DNA of 64,000 bases from Candidatus Omnitrophota bacterium (GTDB taxonomy: Bacteria; Omnitrophota; Gorgyraeia; Aquiviventales; Aquiviventaceae). The stretch spans positions 11 to 64,010 of the forward strand of contig JAUYPJ010000022.1 in the NCBI GenBank assembly GCA_030697665.1, given 5' to 3'. Under the pieces are notes generated by a model. It saw only the letters and a list, made by a program, of their open reading frames with translations. It ran no database searches and was not told the origin of the DNA. The position numbers and the translations under genes are program-made. Below, in pieces: positions 34,285 to 45,611 of this stretch. The stretch's first letter is position 1. Each line of letters begins with the position of its first letter.

Positions 34285-36582
34285 TTAGGCGAGTTTGCGC
34301 GCGACCTTCTTAAGCTCCCAGGCCTCGATGAGATCGCCGACTTGGAGGGTGACGTTGCCTTCCAACGCGATCCCGCACTCCTGGCCCTCCTGGACCTCGC
34401 GGGCATCGTCCTTGACCCGCTTGAGACTTGTGAGCTTCCCCTCATAGGCGCGCTCGCGGCCGCGGATGATCCGCATCGTGCAGTCGCGGCGAATCGACCC
34501 TTTGGTCACCACACACCCGGCCACGATGCCCACCTTGGAGATCTGGAAGAGCTTCCGGACCTCGGCCCGGCCGATGAAGGTCTCCTCGATCGTCGGCTCG
34601 AGGAGCCCTTCGATCGCCGCCTTGATGGCCCCCACCAGCTCATAGATGATCTGGTAGACGTGCACATCCACCCTTTCGGTGGCCGCCAACACCTGCACCT
34701 TCGGCTCGATCCCCACGTGGAAACCCACCACGATGGCGTCCGAGGCCGACGCGAGGATGATGTCGGACTCGTTGATATCCCCGATGCCGGCGTGGAGGAT
34801 CTTGAACTGGACCTCGTCTTTCTCCGTGTCCAGCTTCTGCAAGCTCTGCTCGATGGCCTCCAGCGACCCCTGGACGTCCGCTTTGAGGATCAACCGTAGA
34901 TCTTTGAGCTTGCCTTCGGCGATGCGCTGGTGCAGCTCTTCGAGCGTGATCCGTTTGGGGTGCATGACGGCGCGCTGCGCGCGCTGGTCTTGACGCTGCT
35001 GGGCCAACTGGCGGGCGGCCTTCTCATCCGCCACGACGAGGAACCGATCCCCGGCCTCGGGGACTTCGGGAAGCCCCAGCACCTCCACCGGCTGCGCCGG
35101 TCTGGCCTCTTTGATGCGGTGACCCCGGTCGTTGACCATCGCCCGCACCCGCCCGACCAGGTGCCCAACGACGAGGGTCTCACCCACGCGCAGGGTGCCC
35201 TGCTGCACCAGGAGCGTGGCAACCGGCCCGCGGTCCTTTGTCTGCTTCGCTTCAATCACCGTCCCCTGCGCCGGCGCCGTCGGATCCGCCTTCAGCTCAA
35301 GCAGCTCGGCCTCCAGCAGCAGCATCTCGAGCAGCTCGTCAATCCCCTGGCGGGTCTTGGCCGACACCGGCACCATGATGTGCTTGCCGCCCCATTCCTC
35401 GCCGATGAGCCCGTATTGCGTCAACTGCTGCTTGACCTTCTGCGGGTTCGCCTCGGGCTTGTCGACCTTGTTGACGGCCACCACGATCGGGACGTTCGCC
35501 GCCTTGGCGTGGTCGATCGCCTCCACCGTCTGCGGCATCACCCCGTCGTCCGCGGCGACCACGAGCACGACGATGTCCGTCACGTTGGCCCCCCGGGCGC
35601 GCAGCGCCGTGAACGCCTCATGACCCGGCGTATCGAGCAACGTCACGTGCCCTTTGTCAAGCGAGACCTCATACGCCCCGATGTGCTGCGTGATCCCGCC
35701 CGCTTCTTTCTCGGCGACCTTCGCCTGGCGGATGGCATCCAACAGGCTGGTCTTGCCGTGGTCGACGTGCCCCATGAAGGTGACGACCGGGGCGCGCGCC
35801 ATGAGCTTCTCCGGATCCGGCGCCGCGGCCTTCAGGAGCTGCTCCTCCATAGTCGGCTGCGGGAGCACGTCGCAATGAAAGGCCTGCGCCGCCTTCATGG
35901 CCGTCGGCTCATCGAGGGGTTGGACGATCGACGCGAACACCCCCTGCTGCATCAGATACTTGATGAGGTCGCTGACCTTCACCTCCATCTTGGTCGCCAG
36001 CTCCTTGACGGTGACCGGAAACTTGAGCTCGATCCGCTTCGGGGGACCGGCGGGGACGGCTTCTGGGGTGCCGGGAGCGGGCGACGGCGGCTGTGGCGCG
36101 GGTGCCGGCGCGGACGGCTGTTTCCGCGGCTTCGATACGGCGCGCACCGGCGCGGCCCCCTGACGCGCAGCCGCCTTCGGTGGCGGAGGAGCGGCCACTG
36201 CGCTCGTCGTCTGGGCGGACGCCTCATCGGCGGCATGTGGGGGCGCCGCAGGCTGGGGCGGCTCCACCTGCCGTGGGGGACTGGGGGGCGAGGCCACAGC
36301 GGCTGACGCTCGGGGGGCTCGTTCCACCGTCGTCGCGGAGGCTGCGGTCTTGAGTATCCCCCGCTTGACAGCCCCCGTCGCTTTGCCGGCGGCCGGCCTG
36401 GCGGAGACCGCGGCGGGCTTCTTCGCCGGCACAGGAGCGGCCAACACCTTGCGGGCGCGATTCACCGCATCCGCATCCAGGGTGCTCATCGGACTTTTCG
36501 CCTGGATCCTCAGCGTCTTGAGTTTGACCAACAGCTCCGCTGAGCTCAGATGGAACGCTTTGGCCAACTCATGCACGCGCAT
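34285..36582 (-). CDS. infB: Translation initiation factor IF-2
   Basis: G domain motifs [13 protein letters not shown] and NKVD. The N-terminal region is Ala/Pro-rich. Confidence 0.95.
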   Translation of the reverse strand: MRVHELAKAFHLSSAELLVKLKTLRIQAKSPMSTLDADAVNRARKVLAAPVPAKKPAAVSARPAAGKATGAVKRGILKTAASATTVERAPRASAAVASPPSPPRQVEPPQPAAPPHAADEASAQTTSAVAAPPPPKAAARQGAAPVRAVSKPRKQPSAPAPAPQPPSPAPGTPEAVPAGPPKRIELKFPVTVKELATKMEVKVSDLIKYLMQQGVFASIVQPLDEPTAMKAAQAFHCDVLPQPTMEEQLLKAAAPDPEKLMARAPVVTFMGHVDHGKTSLLDAIRQAKVAEKEAGGITQHIGAYEVSLDKGHVTLLDTPGHEAFTALRARGANVTDIVVLVVAADDGVMPQTVEAIDHAKAANVPIVVAVNKVDKPEANPQKVKQQLTQYGLIGEEWGGKHIMVPVSAKTRQGIDELLEMLLLEAELLELKADPTAPAQGTVIEAKQTKDRGPVATLLVQQGTLRVGETLVVGHLVGRVRAMVNDRGHRIKEARPAQPVEVLGLPEVPEAGDRFLVVADEKAARQLAQQRQDQRAQRAVMHPKRITLEELHQRIAEGKLKDLRLILKADVQGSLEAIEQSLQKLDTEKDEVQFKILHAGIGDINESDIILASASDAIVVGFHVGIEPKVQVLAATERVDVHVYQIIYELVGAIKAAIEGLLEPTIEETFIGRAEVRKLFQISKVGIVAGCVVTKGSIRRDCTMRIIRGRERAYEGKLTSLKRVKDDAREVQEGQECGIALEGNVTLQVGDLIEAWELKKVARKLA

Positions 36583-37910
36583 CAGCCGTCTTGCTCCCCA
36601 GACGGCTCGGGTTCCTCGGTGGTGGTCACCGTCCCCTCACCGCCTTCAGGCGGGGCCGTCGTCGGCGGCTCACCGATGGGCGCGTCCTCCTCCGGAGCCC
36701 TCACGCGCGGCTGTTGCGCCTCAGCGGGTGATGCCCCCTCAGGAACCGCGGCATCAGCGGGCGCCGCCTGGGACGTCCGTGCGGCCATCGCCGCCTTCGC
36801 GGCCGCCAATAACTTTTGAGCGATCTTTTGTCCAACCCCCTTGACGTCGGTCAACTGCTCCAGCGTCAGGGCGGCCACCTGCTGAATGGTCGTGATCCCC
36901 GCCTCGCGCAAGCGGGCCTCCATCGTCGGACCGACGCCGTCGAGCGCGCGCAACGACAGCTCGGCGGCCGAGTGCTGGGAGGCGCTCGTCATCTCAAGCT
37001 GCCACCCCGTGAGCTTCGACGCGAGCCGAACGTTCTGCCCCTTCTTCCCGATGGCCAGCGACAACTGGTCATCCGCCACGATGACCACCGCCTGCTTCGC
37101 CTCTTCCCGGAGCTCGATGGCGCTGATGTTGGCCGGCGACAGCGCCGCCGCGATGAACTCGCGGATCGACTCGTGCCAGCGGATGATGTCGACTTTCTCG
37201 CCGTGCAACTCGCGGACGATGTTCTTCACGCGGGTGCCGCGCATCCCCACGCACGCGCCCACGCAATCCACCTTCTCATCCTGCGAGGCGACGGCGATCT
37301 TCGTCCGGTCGCCCGGCTCGCGGGCGATCCCCTTGATCTCCACGATCCCCTCGCCGATCTCAGGGACCTCCAGGGCAAAGAGCCCCCGGATGAACCCCTC
37401 GTGGGTCCGCGAGAGGACAATCGCGGGGCCTTTGGCGCTCTTGCGGACCTCCACGACGTAGCCCTGGAGCCGATCCCCCTGGTGGTACTCTTCGTGAGGG
37501 ATGCGCTCGGCCTTCGGGAGGATCGCCTCCGCGCGGCCCAGCTCCACGATGATGTCGCCCCGCTCAAAGCGGTGGACCGAGCCGGTCATGATGGCGCCGA
37601 CCCGCCCCTGAAACTCGGCGAAGATGATCTCGCGCTCCGCCTCGCGGATCTTCTGGATGATCACCTGCTTCGCCGTCTGCGCCGCGATGCGGGTCAGTTG
37701 CACCGACGCCAGCTCCCGGCCGTTCACGGTGACGACGATGCGGCCGCGCTGCTGATCGATGGTCGCGGTCACCTCATCCTCCTCGCCGAGGCCCTCGCTC
37801 TTCCTGGCGGCGGTCGCCACGGCATCCTCGACCGCCTGGATGAGCACGTTTCGGTCGATGCCTTTGTCCCGCTCGATGGATTCGATAATCGACAGCAGCT
37901 CATTGCCCAT
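36582..37910 (-). CDS. nusA: Transcription termination/antitermination factor NusA
   Basis: The ATG at 37910 gives MGNELLSIIESIERDKGI. S1 and two KH domains, plus C-terminal HhH repeats. The stop overlaps the infB start (TGATG). Confidence 0.95.
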   Translation of the reverse strand: MGNELLSIIESIERDKGIDRNVLIQAVEDAVATAARKSEGLGEEDEVTATIDQQRGRIVVTVNGRELASVQLTRIAAQTAKQVIIQKIREAEREIIFAEFQGRVGAIMTGSVHRFERGDIIVELGRAEAILPKAERIPHEEYHQGDRLQGYVVEVRKSAKGPAIVLSRTHEGFIRGLFALEVPEIGEGIVEIKGIAREPGDRTKIAVASQDEKVDCVGACVGMRGTRVKNIVRELHGEKVDIIRWHESIREFIAAALSPANISAIELREEAKQAVVIVADDQLSLAIGKKGQNVRLASKLTGWQLEMTSASQHSAAELSLRALDGVGPTMEARLREAGITTIQQVAALTLEQLTDVKGVGQKIAQKLLAAAKAAMAARTSQAAPADAAVPEGASPAEAQQPRVRAPEEDAPIGEPPTTAPPEGGEGTVTTTEEPEPSGEQDG

Positions 37911-37923
37911 CAGCGTCTCCGCC

Positions 37924-38385
37924 TCACCAGCGCAGCCGTTTCTTCCCCGCGCGAAGCTGCGCCAGCGGGATCGTGACATTCCCTGAACTGGTCTTGAGCA
38001 CAACGGCCTCGGGCTGAACCGCCAAGAGCATCCCCATGACCTCCGTGATCCGGCCCGGCTCCCGCTCCGCCTCCACCCGGAGATCCTCCCCGATGGCGCG
38101 CTCAAAATCCCGCCGGCTGACCAGGGGACGATCCAGACCCGGCGAGGACACCTCGACCGTGTAGCTCCCCTCGATGAGATTGGCCGCCTCCAGCTGCTGG
38201 CTGATGCGCTGGTTCACCCGTGCGCACTGGTGCAGCGTGACCCCGCCGACGCAGTCCACCAGCAGGCGAATGAGCCGCTGCCCTCCGTGGAACCGGCATG
38301 TCAGCTCCACCAGCTCCATCTGGTGCTCCGCCAGCAGCGGCTCCACAAAGGCTCGAATCGGTTCCAGGGATGGCTCATCGCTCAT
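37924..38385 (-). CDS. rimP: Ribosome maturation factor RimP
   Basis: 153 aa in the conserved rimP-nusA-infB order. LEVSSPGLDRPL motif. Confidence 0.9.
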   Translation of the reverse strand: MSDEPSLEPIRAFVEPLLAEHQMELVELTCRFHGGQRLIRLLVDCVGGVTLHQCARVNQRISQQLEAANLIEGSYTVEVSSPGLDRPLVSRRDFERAIGEDLRVEAEREPGRITEVMGMLLAVQPEAVVLKTSSGNVTIPLAQLRAGKKRLRW

Positions 38386-38399
38386 CGCCGCATGGGAAT

Positions 38400-38424
38400 A
38401 AAAAAAGTGGGAGTGAGCCCACTT
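38400..38424 (-). terminator. Rho-independent terminator downstream of proS
   Basis: The minus strand reads AAGTGGG-CTCACT-CCCACTT followed by TTTTTTATT. Confidence 0.7.
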
Positions 38425-38454
38425 CGTCGGCCGGCTAAACTGTCGTTCAGGATA

Positions 38455-40176
38455 CTACAGCGACGGGGCGTTGTCAAGCAGCTTGCGGACGGTCTCGACG
38501 AGCGCCGTCGGGGGGACTGTGAGCCGTTCCTTCGTCGAGCGCAACCCCACTTCGAGCAGTTGCTCGCGCTGCCAGACCTTGCCGATGACGACCTGCACCG
38601 GGATGCCGATGAGGTCCGCGTCCTTCAGCTTGCTGCCGGGGGACTGCTGGCGATCATCCCACAACACCTCCACCCCCGCAGCCCCCAGCGCCTCATGGAG
38701 CTCGGCCCCGAGGCGCGCATGGTCGGCCTGCTCGGATTCGAGGACGCTGATGACCACCTGAAAGGGCGCCAGCTCAACCGGCCAGACGATCCCATCGGCG
38801 TCGTGGTGCTGCTCGATGGCGGCCGCGATGATCCGGTTTACCCCGATGCCATAGCAGCCCATGACCATCGGCTTCACCGCTCCGGCGGCATCCTGCACCA
38901 GCGCCCCCATGGCCTGGCTGTACTTCGTCCCCAACCTGAAGACGTGGCCGACCTCGATCGCGTTGAGGAACGTCAGCGGACTGCGGCAGCTCGGGCAGGC
39001 ATCCTCCGGCGTCACCACGCGCAGATCCGCCACCACCTCGGGCTGGAAGTCGCGGCCGGCATTGACGTTGAGGCAGTGGCTATCGGCCCGGTTCGCGCCG
39101 GTTACGCCGTTGACCACCCCCATGACCGCGTGGTCGGCCAGGAGGCGGATGCCGCGCAGGCCCAGCGGACCGACAAATCCCATCGGGGCCCCGGTGAGCC
39201 GCTCGATGGTGGACGCGCTCGACAGCCTCAGGGAGGCCGAACCGACCACGCGGGCCAGCTTCGCCTCGTTGACCTCGTGATCGCCTCGCACCAGCACCGC
39301 CACGTGGTCGTTGCCGACGTCGTAGAGGAGCGTCTTGATCAGCTTCGTCGCCGGCACGTTGAGAAACCGGCTGACCTCTTCCACCGTATGCTTCCCCGGC
39401 GTCTCCACCTCTTCCACGGTGCGTGATCGTTCGGCGGTGGACGGTGGACGGTGGACGGTGGGCTCGCAACGGGCCGCCTCGCGGTTGGCCGCATAGGCGC
39501 AGCGGGTGCACCGGACGATCCGGTCCTCACCGTAGTCGGAAGGCGCCATGAATTCATGGGACACGTCCCCGCCCATCGCCCCAGGATCGGCCTCGCACGG
39601 GATGACCGTCAGCCCGCAGCGGTCGAACACCCGCCGGTAGGCCTCGTACATCGCCTGGTAACTCCGCTCAAGCCCCGCCGGGTCCACGTCAAAGCTGTAG
39701 GCATCCTTCATCAGAAACTCCTTGGACCGGATCACCCCGAAGCGCGGCCTGGGCTCGTCGCGGAACTTGGTCTGGATCTGATAGACGGTCAGCGGCAACT
39801 GCTTGTGGGAGCGGATCTCCTTCACGAGGTCGGTGACCACCTCCTCATGCGTGGGTCCCAGGACCAGCTCTTTGCCGGTGCGGTCCTTGAACCGGATCAG
39901 CACCTGGCCCAGCACCGCATCCCGGCCCGTCGTCTTCCACAGCTCGAGGGGATGGAGGGTGGGGAGGAGGATCTCTTGGGCGCCGGCGCGGCGCATCTCC
40001 TCACGAAGAATCGCGATGGCGCGCTGGAGCGCGCGCAGCCCCAGCGGGAGGTAGGAGTAGGCGCCGGCGCCCAGGCGCCGAATGAGCCCGGCGCGGAGCA
40101 TCAGCTTGTGGCTGACGGCCTCAGCGTCTTTGGGCTCTTCGCGGAGCGTCGGGAGGAAATAGTGCGACCACCGCAT
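38455..40176 (-). CDS. proS: Proline--tRNA ligase (bacterial type with editing domain)
   Basis: 573 aa with class II motifs. It contains an in-frame 7-mer repeat tract at 39436..39461. Confidence 0.95.
   Translation of the reverse strand: MRWSHYFLPTLREEPKDAEAVSHKLMLRAGLIRRLGAGAYSYLPLGLRALQRAIAILREEMRRAGAQEILLPTLHPLELWKTTGRDAVLGQVLIRFKDRTGKELVLGPTHEEVVTDLVKEIRSHKQLPLTVYQIQTKFRDEPRPRFGVIRSKEFLMKDAYSFDVDPAGLERSYQAMYEAYRRVFDRCGLTVIPCEADPGAMGGDVSHEFMAPSDYGEDRIVRCTRCAYAANREAARCEPTVHRPPSTAERSRTVEEVETPGKHTVEEVSRFLNVPATKLIKTLLYDVGNDHVAVLVRGDHEVNEAKLARVVGSASLRLSSASTIERLTGAPMGFVGPLGLRGIRLLADHAVMGVVNGVTGANRADSHCLNVNAGRDFQPEVVADLRVVTPEDACPSCRSPLTFLNAIEVGHVFRLGTKYSQAMGALVQDAAGAVKPMVMGCYGIGVNRIIAAAIEQHHDADGIVWPVELAPFQVVISVLESEQADHARLGAELHEALGAAGVEVLWDDRQQSPGSKLKDADLIGIPVQVVIGKVWQREQLLEVGLRSTKERLTVPPTALVETVRKLLDNAPSL
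39436..39461. repeat. Tandem 7-mer GGTGGAC x3.5 inside the proS coding sequence
   Basis: GGTGGACGGTGGACGGTGGACGGTGG. On the coding strand it encodes PTVHRPPST. Three 7-nt units make 21 nt, so the reading frame is kept. Confidence 0.85.
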
Positions 40177-40205
40177 TTCGCCTCGCTAGACGCTCGGCGA
40201 AGCGG

Positions 40206-40233
40206 CCAGTGGCCGGTGACCAGTGACCGGTGA
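40206..40233. repeat. Left arm of a split short-unit inverted repeat (7-nt units CCAGTGA/CCGGTGA)
   Basis: CCAGTGGCCGGTGACCAGTGACCGGTGA. It is complementary in unit structure to 43254..43292. Confidence 0.75.
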
Positions 40234-40572
40234 AAGACACACAGGGAACATTGGCGGCATGTTAGGTCCCTGACACAGTGTCATACGACTTGCTCGATCA
40301 CCACTCCCACCCTGGAACATCAAGATCGAGCCTGTCATCAATCAGCAGTTGATCCTCGCCTAATCTGTGCATCTTTTTGAACGCCGTGTCCCAACCCATT
40401 CGTGGACGACTTTTCACTGAGTGGGCATGAGTTGCCTGCTCCGAAAGATTCTTCTGGGATCCTTTGAATCGGCACATGGCATGTCAACTCGATGGCTTGT
40501 CAGCAAGAGGTGAGCGCTGCGTTACAAACTCGTCGTCTTAGAATTACGTATGATGTCCCTCAATTTCCACGG

Positions 40573-41298
40573 TCAAATTGCTCCGTGCTTTCTCATGAAA
40601 TCCTGGAGTGGCGGATACGGGATGCGCTTCAACTTGCCGAAATTCGTGTCCTTCTCAAAGTCAGCAGAAGTAAGTCGCTTGCCAGCGGCGGCCTTCGCCA
40701 TGCTGGTTTTCTTGACGACTTTCGGAATGTCATCAATCCAGCGTCCCCCGGCTTCAGCCAACCGCGCATCCCTCGCCCGCACGCATTCGACCATCGAGAA
40801 CACGCCAATGTCGATGATGTAGGGTGAACAGGCTCCTGACTCGTCTTCCTTGAGTTGAGCTGCCGCCAGCAAGAGCGCGTCGTTTGTCGGGTGAATAATG
40901 TCCATGGTGACGTTCTCTTTGAGCCGAGCACTTGGTTCGCGTGCCGTTGGAGGACGTTTCATCAGCAAGGTGGGATTGTCAACGAACAGTCCTTTCAATT
41001 CAACGCGCTTGCCGGAGGTATGAACATAGTCTGGATATGATTCGCGCTGCCCGATGGTGCCGGGCGATTTGGAAAGTCCGACGCTTCGCAGCCGCTTCGC
41101 ATTTTCTTCGTCTGTCGCCAAGTGTTCGATTTGCGGAAGGATGGCATCGAGTAGCGTGTTCACGATGACCGCTATCTGGCTTGGCTCGAAGCCGGGCAGT
41201 GTTTGGTTGGGAATGGAAAGCCAGGTGATTCTGAGGCCAACCAGAGGTTGGAAAGCCCGTCGAAGCGATTCCAATTCGAGAGGAGTAATGTCCGCCAC
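40573..41298 (-). CDS. Putative type II restriction endonuclease (PD-ExK)
   Basis: 241 aa, starting 3 nt after the S-subunit stop. Candidate catalytic motif SYPDYVHTSGKRVELKG (PD ... ExK). I recognise no other family. Confidence 0.55.
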   Translation of the reverse strand: MADITPLELESLRRAFQPLVGLRITWLSIPNQTLPGFEPSQIAVIVNTLLDAILPQIEHLATDEENAKRLRSVGLSKSPGTIGQRESYPDYVHTSGKRVELKGLFVDNPTLLMKRPPTAREPSARLKENVTMDIIHPTNDALLLAAAQLKEDESGACSPYIIDIGVFSMVECVRARDARLAEAGGRWIDDIPKVVKKTSMAKAAAGKRLTSADFEKDTNFGKLKRIPYPPLQDFMRKHGAI

Positions 41299-41301
41299 GA
41301 A

Positions 41302-41946
41302 TTACCTTGTCGTCGAGTTGAGAAGTCGTTCGGCTTCCACGTAGTCGCGCCACGCGCGCTCCGCGTAACCTGCGAGGCAACGATGGATCTTCTCGCGCAC
41401 TGCTTTGACCGGCACCTCAACCGGTGTTCGTAGAAGAAGCTCGCGATCCAAACGCGGACGGGTGCCCCCTGAACCGATTGGCAGACACTGGAGAAACCTT
41501 GGCGATTGCAGAAACGCCCACCAAAAGTAGAACAGGCCATCTTTGGGAACGACGTGAACAAATTCTGATTTCACCGGAAAGAACAGTGGAGAGGTTTCTC
41601 CGAGCCACGCCGCTTTGGGAGTAACAAGCGCGTTCCCCAAGTAGGCGCGCATGGTTCCAAACAAAAGGCACCCTTCGCCGATAACGGGGACGCGCTCAAC
41701 GGCTGCTCCACCGGCAAGCTCCACCGTGAACACCGGAATCGTACCCCGATGAATATGCCGATACTCGATAGGCGAATACTTGAACTCGGTCGCGCGGTGG
41801 GAACGGCCCTGCACCTTCTGGACTGCCGCGAAGTGCTCCAAAGTCTCACGCTGCATTTGTTCACGATAGGCGTAAGGATCCCACACACCCGCCCGCAAAG
41901 CGTCGGCTTCGACGATCGATAGGAAATATGTTCCGTTCTTCTTCAT
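41302..41946 (-). CDS. HsdS-like specificity subunit, half-size (single TRD)
   Basis: ATG at 41946 (M27). The TRD-type pattern is VHVVPKDGLFYFWWAFLQSPRFLQCLPIGSGGTRPRLDRELLLRTPVEVP, followed by a C-terminal conserved helix. Confidence 0.7.
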   Translation of the reverse strand: MKKNGTYFLSIVEADALRAGVWDPYAYREQMQRETLEHFAAVQKVQGRSHRATEFKYSPIEYRHIHRGTIPVFTVELAGGAAVERVPVIGEGCLLFGTMRAYLGNALVTPKAAWLGETSPLFFPVKSEFVHVVPKDGLFYFWWAFLQSPRFLQCLPIGSGGTRPRLDRELLLRTPVEVPVKAVREKIHRCLAGYAERAWRDYVEAERLLNSTTR

Positions 41947-41953
41947 GGCTGGG

Positions 41954-43180
41954 TCATCTGACTGTTCCGGCACACTCCAAAACGCGCGGGTCCCCAGCGA
42001 TGAGCTCCAGGGAATTTTCTCCAAGGTAGGTTGTTCGTGAATTCAGCGGGAAGCCAACTGTCGGAGCGTTCGCAAAGAACACCTTGTGAGTTTGTTGATG
42101 GCGTCCAAGCTTTTTCCTGAGATGGAGAATGTCAGCGCGGGTGGTCGTATTGCCGGTGAGATAGAACACGCCTTCCGGGAGGGTAACAACGCCGCAAAGC
42201 TCCCAGTGCCTTTCCACCATCCTCCGCAACTGGTCAAACTCGGCGTTGACCACCAGCGAATGTGGCAAAAGGCAAACCAGATTGCCACCGGGCGCGAGCA
42301 TGTCCAAGCAGACATCCAAGAACAAAGCATCACTGTTTCGGTAGCCAAGCGCGAACAGCTCACCCGGCTTGGCAACGTGTTCGAGAGGTAGAGAGAAGGG
42401 AGGATTCGCCAGAATCCCATTCACCTTGCCACGAAGATTCCGAAATTCGGCGTCCGCATCGTAGAGGTTGCAGCAGGACAGCGCAAAACTGTGATTGGTG
42501 GGGGCGGAAAGCGCCAAGACCAGCTCGGTCAATCCAACAAGCATCCTGTCGACGTCATTGCCGACCAACTGATATTGCGTATCCCGCCAGCGGCGAGAGG
42601 CTTCGCAAAGGAAAGTTCCACCGCCACAAGTTGGGTCCATGAGAATCGCGCCCGGCTGCACCGGGAGAAGCTTCGCCATCGCAGTGGCCACCATTCGCGG
42701 CGTGAAGAATTTGCCAGAGCCTTCACGGAAACGACGCCCAAAGAAAAATTGATACCAGGTTGGCAACTCGCGTCCTTGTGGGTCGGCGGCCAAAATGCCA
42801 TCAAGGATGGACAAGACCTGCTTGTCATGCGCGACGATGTTCAAGGTCGCAAACCCTCGCTCCACGGGGAAGAATGAAAAATCGCGGCGCGCAGCTTTTC
42901 GTGTGTCCAGATAGCGGGCCGCCAGCACCAGAAAAGCCTCTTCCCCCTCAATGCCGTATCTCCTGAGCGCGTTGTGGAGCGCGACCGACGACGCGGTCCC
43001 GATGGACTGTTCGGCTGTCTGACTCAATCCATCGAGACCATTCAAACTCGCCTGCACTGCGCGAGATGGCGTCCCGTTGGCAATGCCATCCTCCTTTAGC
43101 CAAAAGACACGGGGCTTGCGGATGGGATATCTGACTGACGGTTTGTGATTCTGCCTCGCACGCCTCGATGCCATCACCAA
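41954..43180 (-). CDS. N6-adenine DNA methyltransferase (HsdM-like, gamma class)
   Basis: FFTPRMVATAM, motif I MDPTCGGGTFL, motif IV LANPPFS. Confidence 0.85.
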   Translation of the reverse strand: MVMASRRARQNHKPSVRYPIRKPRVFWLKEDGIANGTPSRAVQASLNGLDGLSQTAEQSIGTASSVALHNALRRYGIEGEEAFLVLAARYLDTRKAARRDFSFFPVERGFATLNIVAHDKQVLSILDGILAADPQGRELPTWYQFFFGRRFREGSGKFFTPRMVATAMAKLLPVQPGAILMDPTCGGGTFLCEASRRWRDTQYQLVGNDVDRMLVGLTELVLALSAPTNHSFALSCCNLYDADAEFRNLRGKVNGILANPPFSLPLEHVAKPGELFALGYRNSDALFLDVCLDMLAPGGNLVCLLPHSLVVNAEFDQLRRMVERHWELCGVVTLPEGVFYLTGNTTTRADILHLRKKLGRHQQTHKVFFANAPTVGFPLNSRTTYLGENSLELIAGDPRVLECAGTVR

Positions 43181-43253
43181 CTCTCGAGTGAGAGTGTCAC
43201 GTCACGCGCTGCTCCTTGAAATACAGGGACACTATGCCGATTCCTGAACATGC

Positions 43254-44363
<1,110 letters not shown>

Positions 44364-44383
44364 CCTGCGAAGAAACCTCTGGT

Positions 44384-44478
44384 CACACCACAGAGGACAC
44401 AGAACTCCACAGAAACACAGAGAACTGCTCGACGGGAATGCTTCTGTGGCTCTGTGGCGCTTCCGTGGTTCCGTGGTG
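44384..44478. repeat. Short-unit tandem inverted repeat (CACAGAG-type / CTCTGTG-type, 8-10 nt spacing)
   Basis: The left arm has four CACAG units (44384..44425). The right arm is CTTCTGTGGCTCTGTGGCGCTTCCGTGGTTCCGTGGTG (44441..44478). It lies between the rseP stop and the ispG start. Confidence 0.8.
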
Positions 44479-44503
44479 TCATCTGCGGTGGTTCAGCATC
44501 CTG

Positions 44504-45610
44504 TTAGGGTCGACTGAACCATCCGAGGAACCGATCCCAGAGCCCAAAACGGTTGACATCGTTGAGGCACACGACCGCTACGAAGGCCACGAGGAGCATG
44601 AAGCTCACCTGGATGGAGCGTTCCTGGACGTTGAGGCTGATCGGCCGGCCACGGAGCTTCTCAAGGGCCAGAAAGAACAGGTGTCCGCCATCGAGGATCG
44701 GGATCGGAAACAGGTTGAAGAGCGCCAGGCTCAGGCTGAAGAGACTAACGAGCACCAACAGCGGCGTCAGTCCCAGGTGCAGCGCATCCGAGGTGAGCGA
44801 GACGATGCCGATCGGACCGGTGATCGATTCGCGCAGCGGCAGCCGCCACGTAGCGACCAACCAGACCGCCACGAGGGTCTGCCGGGTGACCTCCCCATGC
44901 TGCTGCAGCGTGCGCCCCACCGCCGCGATCGGTCCGACGCGACGCGCCTGAAACTCTCCGCTGGCCGCCACGCCGATCTGGCCGACCGTCTTGGGACGAC
45001 CGAACGGATCGGTGATCATCTTCCGCTGGGGCGTCAGCGTCACCTGCTGGAGGGATGCTGCGCGGGCGATGCGAAAGTCCAGGGGCCGATCGGGGGCGTC
45101 GTAGATGAGCGCGGTCAGCTCATGCCAGCTCCGGATCTCGCGGCCGTCGATCGCCAGGATCCGGTCTCCGGCCTGGAGCCCCGCCGCTTGCGCGGGCGTG
45201 CCCTCGAGCACGTTCCCGACCACCGGGAGCAGCTCGGGGTAGCCCATGACGAACACCGCCCACAACGTCACAAAGGCCACAAGGTAGTTCACGAGGGGGC
45301 CGGCCAGGATGATCGCGGCCCGCGTTCCAATCGGCTGGGCGAGATACTCCCACGGCTCCCCCCTCGCAGGGGTCTCTCCTGTCGACGGCTCGGGACGTTG
45401 CTCCCCCGCCATCTTGACATAGCCTCCGAGGGGCAGCGCGCTGAGGGCGTACTCGGTATGCCCGCGCTTCCACGACGCCAGCGTCGGGCCGAACCCCACG
45501 GAAAAGCGCAAGATCCGCACCCCGAACCAGCGGGCGACGAGGAAATGTCCCAGCTCATGGACGATCACCAAGGCCCCGAGGATCAGCAGGGAGAGCAACA
45601 CGGTCAGCAT
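44504..45610 (-). CDS. rseP: RIP metalloprotease RseP (site-2 protease)
   Basis: HELGH zinc motif, a PDZ domain and multiple TM helices. Confidence 0.9.
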   Translation of the reverse strand: MLTVLLSLLILGALVIVHELGHFLVARWFGVRILRFSVGFGPTLASWKRGHTEYALSALPLGGYVKMAGEQRPEPSTGETPARGEPWEYLAQPIGTRAAIILAGPLVNYLVAFVTLWAVFVMGYPELLPVVGNVLEGTPAQAAGLQAGDRILAIDGREIRSWHELTALIYDAPDRPLDFRIARAASLQQVTLTPQRKMITDPFGRPKTVGQIGVAASGEFQARRVGPIAAVGRTLQQHGEVTRQTLVAVWLVATWRLPLRESITGPIGIVSLTSDALHLGLTPLLVLVSLFSLSLALFNLFPIPILDGGHLFFLALEKLRGRPISLNVQERSIQVSFMLLVAFVAVVCLNDVNRFGLWDRFLGWFSRP

Positions 45611-45611
45611 C

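Larger units (their letters stand above)
40234..43253. other. 3 kb R-M island inserted between the two arms of an intergenic inverted repeat
   Basis: AT-richer block between proS and ispG holding three co-directional genes (M, S, R) plus ~340 bp of non-coding DNA. No mobility gene is present. Confidence 0.65.

Noticed and set aside
40492-40827. Plus-strand ORFs 40492..40827 and 40550..40822 as a possible controller (C) protein of the R-M island.
   Set aside because: They overlap the 3' half of the endonuclease gene on the opposite strand and show no helix-turn-helix pattern.
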